Shown here piece after piece: positions 17,117 through 25,959 of a stretch of DNA of 60,367 bases. The number at the start of each line of letters is the position of its first letter. The first letter of the stretch is position 1. Both the position numbers and the translations under genes were made by a program. Below the pieces are notes generated by a model. The model was not told the DNA's origin. It saw only the letters and a program-made list of their open reading frames with translations, and made no database searches. Origin of the DNA: a virus (lineage: Duplodnaviria > Caudoviricetes); IMG/VR virus record IMGVR_UViG_3300032770_000024, positions 1 through 60,367 of that record, one strand, 5' to 3'.

Positions 17117-18568
17117 TTAGACCCCTATGGTGGAAACGGAGGAAAGCGCCTCCTGCGCATCGGCGGACGACTTGATCCGCTGATAGGTTTTAAGTACGTG
17201 CGAAGCGTCAACGTCGAGGCCGAGGGCCGCGCTTGCGCCGTACTCGATTGCGACCTGGAGGGCGGTTCCGCCGCCGCAGGTGGGGTCCAGCATTGTGGTT
17301 GTGTTATCGACGGTGAGGGAGAAGAAGTGGCGGAGCATCTCCAAGGGTTTCTCCGAAAGGTGATGCTCTTTGGTAGTGGGGCCGGAGTAGCTGTCCGCTT
17401 TCAGCTTTGCCAGCTGGCGGTTGCCTCGGACGGCGAAGATCGCCACCTCGTAGGTGTGCCTTGGGAACTTGCGGACGTTCGAGGCAATTCCCGCGTTATC
17501 GCTCTTGTGCCAGATCAGGTTGTTGTCGTAGACGTCCCAGCCTGCGTGGCGGAAGCGCGCCTTCGCGGCAGCTTCGCTTTTCCCGGCACACCAGAAGATG
17601 CAGTGAGCGTTGTCAGCGATGAAGCGGCTCTGGTGCTGGAAGAAGGTTTCCAGAAGCTCGAGGTAGAGGGCAGGGCTGTCGTCGTAGCGCCCGTCGCCGG
17701 TGGCGACCCACTTCGAGGCCGAATTCTGCAAATTAGCAGAGTCCATGTTCAGGCCATAGGGGAAGTCGCAGTGGATGAAGTTGAAGCGCTGGCCGGTGTA
17801 GCGGGGAGCCCAGTGGCGGAAGTCCGCTTTCTCGGTGCGGAAGCCTTTGTAGAAGTAGGAGTCGGGCAGGGGCTTAGGCGCTGCTATCGGCGTAGCCGGT
17901 GGAGTTACTTTGAGGCTTGAAGTAGCGCCACCGGCCTTCGGCTCCCCTACCTCCCTTCCGGCATCTGCGACAACTGGGGCTGGCTCAAAGGGCTGCGCCT
18001 GCGGCGGCTGAAAAGGCTCGACCGCTGGTTCGTTCAGCATCTCCTCATTCAGAGAGTCCATTGCGCGGGCCGCGCGGGCCTTGAGAATATTGTAGACGGC
18101 GGAATACCCGCGCTGCTCCAGCAGGGCCGGTTCCTTCCTCACGGCTTCATGCACGGCGCACAGGATCGACACACTGGCTTCGGAAATGCCCAGCTCCAGG
18201 GCGACGACGGAAGAGGGGTTCTTGGTGAGCTTCACGTAGCCGTGAACGGCGGCTACGTACTCGGGCCACTCCAGCTGCTTCCGCTTGACATTCTCCTCGA
18301 ACTCGAAGATCTGCCTTTCTCTCAGGGAAAGGGAGGAATAAATCCGGGCCTCGATAACGCGCTTGCCGAGAAGCTCGTGGGCGCGGAAGCGCCTTTCGCC
18401 TGCCACCAGCTCATACTTGCCAGGATCTGTGCGGCGGACGATAACGGGCTGCAGAAGCCCATTGGCGGCAATGCTTTGCGCCAGGGAGGGCAGATCGCCT
18501 AAGTCTTTTCGTTGCCTCCCTTCCAGAACTGTAATTTCCGACAGATTGATAGTGAGAGTCTCGGCCAC
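17117..18568 (-). CDS. ParB-like N-terminal domain fused to beta-class N6/N4 DNA methyltransferase
   Basis: GLLQPVIV, LVAGERRFRA, EENVKR; HCDFPY, EKPLEML, LDPTCGGGT. Confidence 0.85.
   Translation of the reverse strand: MAETLTINLSEITVLEGRQRKDLGDLPSLAQSIAANGLLQPVIVRRTDPGKYELVAGERRFRAHELLGKRVIEARIYSSLSLRERQIFEFEENVKRKQLEWPEYVAAVHGYVKLTKNPSSVVALELGISEASVSILCAVHEAVRKEPALLEQRGYSAVYNILKARAARAMDSLNEEMLNEPAVEPFQPPQAQPFEPAPVVADAGREVGEPKAGGATSSLKVTPPATPIAAPKPLPDSYFYKGFRTEKADFRHWAPRYTGQRFNFIHCDFPYGLNMDSANLQNSASKWVATGDGRYDDSPALYLELLETFFQHQSRFIADNAHCIFWCAGKSEAAAKARFRHAGWDVYDNNLIWHKSDNAGIASNVRKFPRHTYEVAIFAVRGNRQLAKLKADSYSGPTTKEHHLSEKPLEMLRHFFSLTVDNTTTMLDPTCGGGTALQVAIEYGASAALGLDVDASHVLKTYQRIKSSADAQEALSSVSTIGV
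17898..17932 (-). repeat. 13-9-13 palindrome copy 2, inside the ParB-MTase linker
   Basis: GGTGGAGTTACTT-TGAGGCTTG-AAGTAGCGCCACC on + strand. Confidence 0.8.
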
Positions 18569-18596
18569 TTGTTATTCTCCAGAAGAAGGGCTTGGC

Positions 18597-18628
18597 AAAA
18601 AGAGAAGGGGAGGACCGAAGCCCTCCCC
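18597..18628 (-). terminator. Intrinsic terminator with UUCG loop
   Basis: Minus strand GGGGAGGGC-TTCG-GTCCTCCCC-TTCTCTTTT. Confidence 0.75.
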
Positions 18629-18638
18629 AGCAAAGGAT

Positions 18639-18854
18639 TTAAACCACAGAGCCATAGCCAGAGCCATCGCCATAGCCATCGCCATAGCCAGAGCCATCGC
18701 CAGAGCCATCGCCATAGCCAGAGCCAGAGCCATAGCCAGAGCCAGAGCCATAGCCATAGCCATAGCCAGAGCCAGAGCCATAGCCATAGCCATAGCCAGA
18801 GCCATAGCCATCGCCAGAAAATTCCTCAGCGGTCCCTTGGAGGAGCTTTGCCAT
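18639..18854 (-). CDS. Gly-[Tyr/Ser/Asp] dipeptide-repeat protein (71 aa)
   Basis: ATG 1 nt after the upstream stop; GDGYGSGYGYGYG... Confidence 0.7.
   Translation of the reverse strand: MAKLLQGTAEEFSGDGYGSGYGYGYGSGSGYGYGYGSGSGYGSGSGYGDGSGDGSGYGDGYGDGSGYGSVV
18648..18817. repeat. Degenerate hexamer tandem array (GCCATA/GCCAGA/GCCATC)
   Basis: Visible 6-nt periodicity over ~170 bp. Confidence 0.9.
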
Positions 18855-18855
18855 A

Positions 18856-19221
18856 TTATCGCCCCTGCACTGGTGCGTTATTCCAAGCCGTCTCTGCTGT
18901 CGAGTCAACGGAAAACACTGCGGTAATTCCTGCCAATGTTACCGATGGAGCTGTAGCCGAGATTTTGCAATTCTCGGTTGGTCCCTTTTCGGCTAGACCA
19001 AAGACTCCGCCGACATCCGAAGACCAGTAGAGGCACATACGTGCCTTGGTCAGAGTGAGTTCTTTGGCCTGCGGATCAGAGGTATAGCCAAAGACGACTC
19101 CGCGCTTATCCGTACAAACCAGCACCGGAATAGGTGCGCCAGTCGCAGACTGTGCCGCCGCTCCGCCGAACTTCGCAGCAATTTCCTTCAACTGTCCGTA
19201 AGTTAGATCGTCGAGGTTCAT
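18856..19221 (-). CDS. DUF6948-like protein
   Basis: VLVCTDKRGVVFG, LTKARMCLYW, GLAEKGP; AGGAG RBS. Confidence 0.7.
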   Translation of the reverse strand: MNLDDLTYGQLKEIAAKFGGAAAQSATGAPIPVLVCTDKRGVVFGYTSDPQAKELTLTKARMCLYWSSDVGGVFGLAEKGPTENCKISATAPSVTLAGITAVFSVDSTAETAWNNAPVQGR

Positions 19222-19280
19222 TTTATGCTCCTGAGGGTGGGGTTGAACCCAGAGCTAGTTTTCCAGCTCCGGGCATTGGG

Positions 19281-19709
19281 TTAGTCTTCCAGCGGCGCAG
19301 TCTGGTTGATATTCACGCGCGGCGGGTTGGAGGACAGGTCGTGAGTGACCTGCACACGCAGAAGACGCCCGACGGCCTGCTGCAAGCCCTCACCGAGGGT
19401 CGCAGAGGTCAGATCGACCTTGAAGTGGTCTTCGACCAGCTGCCGGATGCGATATGCCGATTTGTCCGTGACAACCTGCCACGAACGGATCTTGATCGGC
19501 AGTTCGATACCCTGCAGGGCCTCCGGGTCGATCTCGATGCCCTGCTCCAGCTGATAGTCGAAGATGATCTGGTCATTGCCATTCTTCGTCTTCTGCTTGC
19601 CGGAGGTGTCGACGCTGACCAAGCGGGCAACGTACCAGCCCGGAGGGGCCGACTTCGGAGCTTCGATCTGGGTGCCGGGGGTGTTAAGGATGGAAAGCAT
19701 GTCAGTCAT
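19281..19709 (-). CDS. Putative ssDNA-binding protein (DUF669-like)
   Basis: PPGWYVARL...VGRLLRVQVTH; downstream of AAA ATPase and nuclease genes. Confidence 0.55.
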   Translation of the reverse strand: MTDMLSILNTPGTQIEAPKSAPPGWYVARLVSVDTSGKQKTKNGNDQIIFDYQLEQGIEIDPEALQGIELPIKIRSWQVVTDKSAYRIRQLVEDHFKVDLTSATLGEGLQQAVGRLLRVQVTHDLSSNPPRVNINQTAPLED

Positions 19710-19766
19710 GTGAAGTTGTCTTTCGGTTGTTTAGTCGGTTGTGGGGTCGGGGCGAAGCCCCGTGCT

Positions 19767-19946
19767 CTAGTAGCCCCGAGCAAGGGCATCTTGCAGCTGC
19801 TGGATTGTGATAGCAGCTGCCTGATTGGGGCCGAGCTGTTTGGTTAGCTCGGAAAGGAACCAGCAGAGGGTCCGGCGGGAAAGGTTAGTATCGTGCGCGG
19901 CGTCATTTACCGCTTGGAGGAGGGCTGCTTGGGACGGCTGTTCCAT
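19767..19946 (-). CDS. Hypothetical 59-aa protein (absent from ORF track)
   Basis: TGATG coupling to the upstream gene; MEQPSQAALLQAVND...ARGY*. Confidence 0.6.
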   Translation of the reverse strand: MEQPSQAALLQAVNDAAHDTNLSRRTLCWFLSELTKQLGPNQAAAITIQQLQDALARGY

Positions 19947-20170
19947 CAGCTGATGCCTATCAGCTTTTCATAAGCCGTGGGCGGGCGCTTACCTTTGGTA
20001 GCGTGGTAGCGCTTGCCGCCGAGCTTGATGATGCTGCTGTTCAACTGTCCGCGCTTGCTCCTACTCGGAGCACTCACCACAGGAACACGTTTGTCCCCAC
20101 CGTCTCGGTCCAGCTGTTCAGAGCGGCGGGCCGCAAGCATTGCTTTACGCTCAGGCGAATTTCGTTGCAT
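19946..20170 (-). CDS. Basic hypothetical protein
   Basis: AAGGAG RBS; KRYHATKGKR motif. Confidence 0.65.
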   Translation of the reverse strand: MQRNSPERKAMLAARRSEQLDRDGGDKRVPVVSAPSRSKRGQLNSSIIKLGGKRYHATKGKRPPTAYEKLIGIS

Positions 20171-20184
20171 GGTTTGCTCCTTTG

Positions 20185-21024
20185 TTATTTGGCTGTGGGA
20201 TTCTGCGGCGAAGCGGGGACTCCGCGGAGAAGGGTGAAGAGCTTATCCAGGTCAGGGTCCATCTCGGGCTGGACCGCCGAAGGGCGCTCGGTCTTCAGGT
20301 CCACGTCGAAGGTGGACTTGGTGATGAGCCGGGGCTTCGTTTCCTTATTCACTGTTTTCTGCTCTACGAGCAGGGTGTTGTTGAAGTAGCGGGCAATCTT
20401 CGGTGCCAGCTTCTTGCCGATGGTGGAGATCATCAGCTTCTGCAGACCGCCGGATAGGTCGTCGGCTTGACGCGTCAGATGCGCGGTGATGACCACGTTC
20501 GCCTTCACCGCCGGATTGTACAGGGTTTCAAGCACGTTCTCCAGGGCATCCTGAATGGCGCCAATGTCCTGGATCTGGGGCTTGCCCCCCGACCTTCCTG
20601 CCAGCTTTAGCACCGAGTTCTGAATGATGTTGGCGAGGAAGGAGAAGGAGTCGAGGACGATAACGTCTTTCGGACCCCAGGAGTAGATGTTGCCGAGGCT
20701 CTTGCCGTCTTCTTCCTTCCAATCGGCCAGGGCCTTGTTGAACTTGTCGAAAGCGGTGCCTTCGGGCTCAGCCTTGCCCATCACAAACACTGTCTTATCG
20801 TAGAAGTGCTTGATGAAAATGTTCTTGCGCCACTCAGGAAGAACGATTTTCGGGTCACGAAGAATTTTCGTGCCGTTATCGAAGTCGTAGATGAAGAGGC
20901 GGTGGCTGCGCGCCAGGGAGCCAATGACGCCGGTTTTCCCGGCGCCTGAGTGGCCGAGTAGAAGCGCCTTGATGGCGCTCCCCTCTTGGCCTTCGGCTTT
21001 AATGTCGTCTTCGAGGGAGGCCAT
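20185..21024 (-). CDS. AAA_24/Sak4-like P-loop ATPase (recombination)
   Basis: LLGHSGAGKT, YDFDNG, VIVLDSFS, VVITAH; TAATG-coupled start at 21024. Confidence 0.8.
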   Translation of the reverse strand: MASLEDDIKAEGQEGSAIKALLLGHSGAGKTGVIGSLARSHRLFIYDFDNGTKILRDPKIVLPEWRKNIFIKHFYDKTVFVMGKAEPEGTAFDKFNKALADWKEEDGKSLGNIYSWGPKDVIVLDSFSFLANIIQNSVLKLAGRSGGKPQIQDIGAIQDALENVLETLYNPAVKANVVITAHLTRQADDLSGGLQKLMISTIGKKLAPKIARYFNNTLLVEQKTVNKETKPRLITKSTFDVDLKTERPSAVQPEMDPDLDKLFTLLRGVPASPQNPTAK

Positions 21025-21326
21025 TAAGCGGCCTCCGGCCCGGCCAGCAGATTGAACTTGGCGTTCGCCTCGAAGTTCATGCGATGCTCGACCTCTTGCA
21101 CGGCAAGCATGAGCAGCTCGCTCTGCACGTTCTGATAGGGGTAGCGGGAACCGGCCTGCACGGACCACTTACCGCCCTCGTCGGAGAAGATGAACTGGAG
21201 GATGATTGAGTGCTCGGAAACGCCGTTGATGCTTTGCAGCGCTTTGGCTGCCGAACGGACGTATTCACGGATAAGCTGTTCCATCTCCAAGTCGGAGAAG
21301 TCAGCGAGAGCGGGTTTGGTTGTCAT
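21024..21326 (-). CDS. Hypothetical protein
   Basis: Operon-coupled ORF. Confidence 0.65.
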   Translation of the reverse strand: MTTKPALADFSDLEMEQLIREYVRSAAKALQSINGVSEHSIILQFIFSDEGGKWSVQAGSRYPYQNVQSELLMLAVQEVEHRMNFEANAKFNLLAGPEAA

Positions 21327-21366
21327 GGTGGGGAGTCCTCTGTGGTGGTGGGGAATTAACGATTAA

Positions 21367-21395
21367 TGTATAGCGCCGGGTACGGCGGATTGCAA
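21367..21395 (-). promoter_or_regulatory. Sigma70-like promoter
   Basis: TTGCAA-N17-TATACA on minus strand. Confidence 0.5.
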
Positions 21396-21428
21396 GAGAA
21401 AACGCTTCCCTTGCAACCAGTTTTCTTT

Positions 21429-22391
21429 CTACCGATCCTCGATCGGATTCCAGCGCTCGACCACGTAGGCCTGCCGCAGGATTGCCTCCCTAATCCCGGG
21501 CGGCTTCGAGCAGACTTCTCGGAACTCACAGCCCGAGAACTTGTTGCAGCTTTCCGTATTGTGCTGCCAGTAGTTGGCTACCGCCGAGCCCTCAAGCAGC
21601 TTCACCCAGAGAAGGGTGTCGTCCAGCCACTCTTCCAGGTGGGAGTTGACACGGTGAACAACCCTGCGCCCGAAACGTGAACTGTTAACCAGTACTTGGG
21701 CTCCATCAATAATAACACCGGACAGCTCAGTAGCAAAACAGATTTTGCCAGCCGTTGCATAGCCGCCGATCTGCGCAGAAAACGCGTAGCGGGCGTAAAA
21801 CTCATCGTTCAGGGCTCCCTTGGAGTGCTTGCGCTCGACGGCGTAGGTGCCACCGGCATAGTCAGAAATTTTGTCGATGTGGCCGCAGTACACGTACTTG
21901 TCGTTGGTTCCAGAAATAGTTTGTGGAAGGTAAAAGCGGAAGGAGAGCTCCAATCCCACCTTCCCATTGCCAAATATGTGAGTCTTAAGCGGATCTCTTG
22001 CCCGATAATTCGCAGCGTACCAGACGATAGTGCGGACGAGCGTTGTAAGTGTTCGCGCAGTGTCATCACCGAAGCCTTTTTCTGCAAGGGAGAAGGCCAA
22101 GCGGATTGCGGCCCGTAGGGCGGTTTGCTCGTCCTCCCCTTTGACAATTAGTAGGTCGTAAAGCTCGACAACCGAGTGGTAGGCCCCGCCCCAAGCGAGA
22201 GGAGGGCGGATGCCGGGGGCTCGGTAACCACAGACAATTTTGTAGTAGTACTTCCGGGGGCACTCCTTATAGACAGAGAGGGAAGTGTTGTCCAGGGCGA
22301 TCTGGAGGGAAGGCTTGCCGCTGTGGACGGCGATCGAGGAGTGGAACTGGCCGACCTCAATCTTGTCGCCCGCGGGGACTTCGGCGCTCAT
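21429..22391 (-). CDS. Cas4/RecB-like PD-(D/E)XK exonuclease with Fe-S cysteines
   Basis: ECPRKYYY, WGGAYH, GHIDK, VERKHS, QIGGY, C-x5-C-x5-C. Confidence 0.85.
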   Translation of the reverse strand: MSAEVPAGDKIEVGQFHSSIAVHSGKPSLQIALDNTSLSVYKECPRKYYYKIVCGYRAPGIRPPLAWGGAYHSVVELYDLLIVKGEDEQTALRAAIRLAFSLAEKGFGDDTARTLTTLVRTIVWYAANYRARDPLKTHIFGNGKVGLELSFRFYLPQTISGTNDKYVYCGHIDKISDYAGGTYAVERKHSKGALNDEFYARYAFSAQIGGYATAGKICFATELSGVIIDGAQVLVNSSRFGRRVVHRVNSHLEEWLDDTLLWVKLLEGSAVANYWQHNTESCNKFSGCEFREVCSKPPGIREAILRQAYVVERWNPIEDR

Positions 22392-22660
22392 ATCCCCAGA
22401 TCTCCCAGGTCAATATCCTCCAGGCCCAGGGAGGCGAGTGAAATGTCGGCGCCCTCCATCTTCTTGCCTGCGGCCTTGATCTTGCTCCGCGGCGCCTTCT
22501 TGCCTTCTTCCTGCGCCTTCAGCACGGCTTCTCGCTCGGCGCGGAACTGCGTTATCAGCAGGTCGATCTCCTCGTCGGTGAGTTCGGTCGCGTTCTTGGC
22601 GAGGATCTCGGAGAGGACGCCGGGATTGAGTTCGTCCTGGATTTTGTCCATATCTGTCAC
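22388..22660 (-). CDS. Hypothetical protein
   Basis: 4-nt overlaps on both sides. Confidence 0.7.
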   Translation of the reverse strand: MTDMDKIQDELNPGVLSEILAKNATELTDEEIDLLITQFRAEREAVLKAQEEGKKAPRSKIKAAGKKMEGADISLASLGLEDIDLGDLGI

Positions 22661-22884
22661 TGAAGGGTCTCCTGTTGCTTCGCCAGAAGCCCTTCCTCGG
22701 AAAGAACCTCGATAATGGCGGTTGAAAGGATCTGGGCTTGCGGATGCTGCTCGAAGAGCCCTTCTTCGGAGGCGCTACGCGCTTCGGCCTCGGTAGAGGC
22801 GTAGCCGAAGGTGATGGTGTGAAGAGGCTGTGGGTTCTTCGGAACGAAGAAAACGGCGCTCCAGGCGAAGCATTTATTCACCAT
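22657..22884 (-). CDS. Hypothetical protein
   Basis: GGAGG RBS before ATG 22884. Confidence 0.6.
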   Translation of the reverse strand: MVNKCFAWSAVFFVPKNPQPLHTITFGYASTEAEARSASEEGLFEQHPQAQILSTAIIEVLSEEGLLAKQQETLQ

Positions 22885-23113
22885 GGCCGACCTCCGGGTC
22901 CCTGTTGCTATCAAGCACGGCCTGCGCTTGCGCGTCCACCTCAAGCACCTTCCGGCGCATGGAGTTGATGATGAACTTCGAGCTTGCGCCGTGGTAGGGG
23001 TAGATTTTTTTGAAGGCCTGGTATATGTCGCGGGGAACCCAGGCGCTCACGCGGATGTGGTTAGAATTGTCGAGGCGGGGCACTTTTCTTCTCCTGAAGT
23101 GGGGGTGGAGCAT
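22874..23113 (-). CDS. Ribbon-helix-helix-like small DNA-binding protein
   Basis: IRVSAWVPRDIYQAFK...SSKFIINSMR pattern. Confidence 0.45.
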   Translation of the reverse strand: MLHPHFRRRKVPRLDNSNHIRVSAWVPRDIYQAFKKIYPYHGASSKFIINSMRRKVLEVDAQAQAVLDSNRDPEVGHGE

Positions 23114-23129
23114 TTAAGCTCTAGGGCCG

Positions 23130-23150
23130 AAAAAGGGGGCCGAAGCCCCC
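23130..23150 (-). terminator. Intrinsic terminator with UUCG loop
   Basis: GGGGGC-TTCG-GCCCCC-TTTTT. Confidence 0.8.
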
Positions 23151-23174
23151 TCCCTCTGTGCGCGTAGCGCGCGA

Positions 23175-23759
23175 TTACTCAGCCGCTTCGGCGTCGTAAT
23201 CCTCGTCCGTCGACGCGTCCGGCGTCAGGTCCAGCTCGCCAAGCACGTCGTCGCCGCCCAGGAGGCTCTTGCGCTCCGCAACGATGACTTCGGCCTGACG
23301 GCGGAACTGGCCCTTGGCGACGATACCGGCGACCAGCTCTTCCACCTTCTCCTTGGCGACGGCGGAGAACTTGATGCCCTTCGCCTTGATCGCCTGCTTG
23401 ATGGCGGCGAGGGCCAGAGCGCGCTCCTCGATCTCCACCGGGTCGATGGCCGCGGCAGCGCGGGAGGTGGCACGGGCCTCGAACGAGTACTCGGCCACGT
23501 AGGCGTCGAAGTCGGCCTGGACCAGCTCACGACCGTCCTTCTCGGCGGCACGGCGCATGGCACCAGCGAAGTTGTTGCGGAGGTTCTCGCGGTAGGTCTG
23601 GTTCAGAACGTCAGCCTCGGCGGCGGACAGGACGTGGCCTTCGCCGTAGGGGATGGGGGCCAGGAAGACCTTGCCGTTGATGCGGACCTGGGCGAGCTGG
23701 ACAGTCGGCTCTTCATGTTCATTGGTCACTTCGATTACTTCCTTGTGCTTGCGTGCCAC
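23175..23759 (-). CDS. Helical hypothetical protein with acidic tail
   Basis: AAGGA RBS, strong GC3 bias, own terminator. Confidence 0.75.
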   Translation of the reverse strand: MARKHKEVIEVTNEHEEPTVQLAQVRINGKVFLAPIPYGEGHVLSAAEADVLNQTYRENLRNNFAGAMRRAAEKDGRELVQADFDAYVAEYSFEARATSRAAAAIDPVEIEERALALAAIKQAIKAKGIKFSAVAKEKVEELVAGIVAKGQFRRQAEVIVAERKSLLGGDDVLGELDLTPDASTDEDYDAEAAE

Positions 23760-23927
23760 TGGGGAATCCTTTGGGGTGGCGGGGAACCGGCTAGGCCGGG
23801 CCGGGCAACATGCCCTTGACCATTACTTACTGCCACATTCGGGAAGTAAAAGCAACAGGAAAAGCGCTTCGTGGGCAGATTTTTCCACTTTTCTTTCTAC
23901 CTTTCCCCGAAGGGCCTCTCGGCGGGA

Positions 23928-23972
23928 CGCCCGGTGGAGCATCTTGAATTCTTAAAGTAGCTCCACCGGGCG
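23928..23972 (+). repeat. 13-9-13 palindrome copy 3, upstream of the lysis cassette
   Basis: CGCCC-GGTGGAGCATCTT-GAATTCTTA-AAGTAGCTCCACC-GGGCG. Confidence 0.85.
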
Positions 23973-23988
23973 CTCCACTTCAGCCTCC

Positions 23989-24017
23989 TTGCCCCCGCAT
24001 TTGCGGCGCGCTATAAG
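23989..24017 (+). promoter_or_regulatory. Putative promoter of the lysis cassette
   Basis: TTGCCC-N17-TATAAG. Confidence 0.5.
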
Positions 24018-24040
24018 AAGCTCCCAACCACGGAGCCCCC

Positions 24041-24652
24041 ATGCCCATCAACCTTATCCCCGACGACGAGATTCTCGTCCCAGTTTGCGCTGACCTTCTC
24101 TTCTTCCTCGAGGGCGAACGGCTGAAGCCGTACAGGGATGCCGGGGGCGTTTGGACCATCGGAGATGGGGAGACCGTTATCAATGGGCATCCCGTAGGGC
24201 CGAACACTCCGCCGCTTTCGGCTGCTCTGGCGAAAGAGGATCTCGTGCAGGGCATCCTGCAGCGCACTTCTTTCCTCCGCACGAATCTGCTGAACCCGGA
24301 CAACTACCAGCAGTTTACGCTGGACCGAGCCGCTTCCCTGGTTTCTTTCTGCTATAATGAGGGTGAAGCCGCTTTCAACGGCTCTACCCTGCGGAAGATG
24401 ATCCAGTTCCGGGATATGGATGCGGCGGCCCTGGAGTTCCCGCGGTGGAATCTGGTGGGCGGACAGGCCAACTTGGGTCTCGAGCGCCGTCGCCGCCGGG
24501 AGCAAGTTCTCTTCATGAACCTCTACTCAATCACTGAGGTCTTGAACGGGGCGTTCGACCCTGACCCGCTGCTAGGGCTGAAGGCCCTGCCGGAGAGGGC
24601 GGCTACGCCGCTGGAACCCGAGGCGATTCAACAACTTTTAACGGAGGATTAA
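24041..24652 (+). CDS. Endolysin, GH24 (T4/P21-like lysozyme)
   Basis: EGERLKPYRDAGGVWTIG (E-x8-D-x5-T), SFCYNEG, GLERRRRRE. Confidence 0.92.
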   Translation: MPINLIPDDEILVPVCADLLFFLEGERLKPYRDAGGVWTIGDGETVINGHPVGPNTPPLSAALAKEDLVQGILQRTSFLRTNLLNPDNYQQFTLDRAASLVSFCYNEGEAAFNGSTLRKMIQFRDMDAAALEFPRWNLVGGQANLGLERRRRREQVLFMNLYSITEVLNGAFDPDPLLGLKALPERAATPLEPEAIQQLLTED

Positions 24653-24892
24653 ATGCTTTCTTTCTTCAAGCAGCGCACGACGATCACCGGCATCGCCACT
24701 ATCCTGGGCGCCGTTTCCACCTACCTCCAGGGGCAGGTGAATATCCACGACGCCATTTCTGCCATTCTCTTCGCCCTCGTCCTCATCATCTTCCCGGAAG
24801 AGAAGCAGGTGACGGCGGCGGAGATCGGCCAGATCGTGACTGCGGCTGGTGCATTCGCTTCGGCGGTTGAGCCGCCAAAAGCGGCTAAGTAA
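24653..24892 (+). CDS. Holin-like protein
   Basis: Two TM segments; directly after the endolysin; GGAGG RBS. Confidence 0.7.
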   Translation: MLSFFKQRTTITGIATILGAVSTYLQGQVNIHDAISAILFALVLIIFPEEKQVTAAEIGQIVTAAGAFASAVEPPKAAK

Positions 24893-24955
24893 TTCTCCCG
24901 GCTGTGCCGGGGAGTCTGTGTGGCGCAGTTCGCTACTTCCCCCAAGGAGTCTTCT

Positions 24956-25231
24956 ATGTCCGAAGCTATCGCTACTGATCTGACCAAGGCCGCTACTGCG
25001 GCTGTTGAAACCGCGCCGACTATCGAGGCCGGTGTCGCTTCGACCGAGGCCGCTGTTGCCTCCGGCAATAAGCTGGCTGCTGCTTCCGCCGCCGCTGGCG
25101 CTCTTTCGGCCACGCTGACGGAAGTGCAGAGCACCGGCACCATCGGTAACGCCGACGCGCAGCATGTTGGTATCGCCGCTGCGTTCGCCAACCTGCTCAG
25201 CGAATTCCTGGCGGCGCTCAGCAAGATCTAA
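24956..25231 (+). CDS. Ala-rich protein with amphipathic C-terminus
   Basis: AAGGAG RBS; ends FANLLSEFLAALSKI. Confidence 0.7.
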   Translation: MSEAIATDLTKAATAAVETAPTIEAGVASTEAAVASGNKLAAASAAAGALSATLTEVQSTGTIGNADAQHVGIAAAFANLLSEFLAALSKI

Positions 25232-25250
25232 GGGCCGAAGGCCAAAAGAG

Positions 25251-25285
25251 AAACCCCCGGCTCTTTTTGAGGGCCGGGGGTTTTT
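25251..25285. terminator. Bidirectional intrinsic terminator
   Basis: AAACCCCCGGCTC-loop-GGGCCGGGGGTTTTT between convergent genes. Confidence 0.85.
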
Positions 25286-25298
25286 ATGTTCCGCTTAC

Positions 25299-25898
25299 TT
25301 ATTTGCAGTAATAGGCGTAGGTGGCCTTGTCAGCTTCATCGACTGGGATCTGCTGGTTGCAGAAGGCTGGGCGGTAGATGGTGGGCTGGGTAGCTGCCGC
25401 TGAGGCGGCGTAGCCTGCTGGGGCCGGGATAGGCGGACTACTTGCAGCGGCGGCCACCGGCGTCACAGCCACTTGGCCTGAGTCCCCGTACTGCGGCGGG
25501 CAGGGCTGGCCCTGAAGCGCTCGCGCTTTGCGAAAGTTAGCGAACTCGCACATCATGAGGACAGCGGTTGACTGCTGCTGCATATTATAGACTGCGCGGA
25601 TCTGTTCGAGGTCTTCACAGTTCTTGTCGGTCTTGGAGCCGGAGAGGCCGATGCCGAAGCCTACGGCGGCTGCGGTGCCGGAGTAGGTGGCTTGGCAGGA
25701 AGCGGTGGGGCTGTCGAGAAGTGTAGCCAGGGCTGGGACGGTAGCGATGCTGCTGTCCTTGTAGCTGGTGGTGCCGCCTCCGTAGGCGACAGCTTCAGCC
25801 CCGGCCCCGGCGACGGTGGTATTGGCACTGGAGGCGCTTTGGGCGTGGGCGGCGCCTCCTGCGAGAAGCAGAAGCACGCAAAAACATTTCTTAAGCAT
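25299..25898 (-). CDS. Secreted Cys-containing protein
   Basis: MLKKCFCVLLLLAGGAAHA leader; six Cys in the mature part. Confidence 0.7.
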   Translation of the reverse strand: MLKKCFCVLLLLAGGAAHAQSASSANTTVAGAGAEAVAYGGGTTSYKDSSIATVPALATLLDSPTASCQATYSGTAAAVGFGIGLSGSKTDKNCEDLEQIRAVYNMQQQSTAVLMMCEFANFRKARALQGQPCPPQYGDSGQVAVTPVAAAASSPPIPAPAGYAASAAATQPTIYRPAFCNQQIPVDEADKATYAYYCK

Positions 25899-25959
25899 GA
25901 GCTGTTCCTTCTGTGGTAGGAGAAAGAAGGCCGGGGATTATCTCCCCGGCCCGAAGCAG

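Noticed and set aside
18363-19030. Alternative-frame (AI/AR)n, (SH/SQ)n and (MA/LA)n ORFs
   Set aside because: By-products of the hexamer array; only the Gly-X frame has a coupled start and operon orientation
19232-19280. tRNA-like element (GGTTCAACCC on minus strand)
   Set aside because: Too short and no cloverleaf; just an intergenic hairpin. No tRNA or rRNA was recognised in the window
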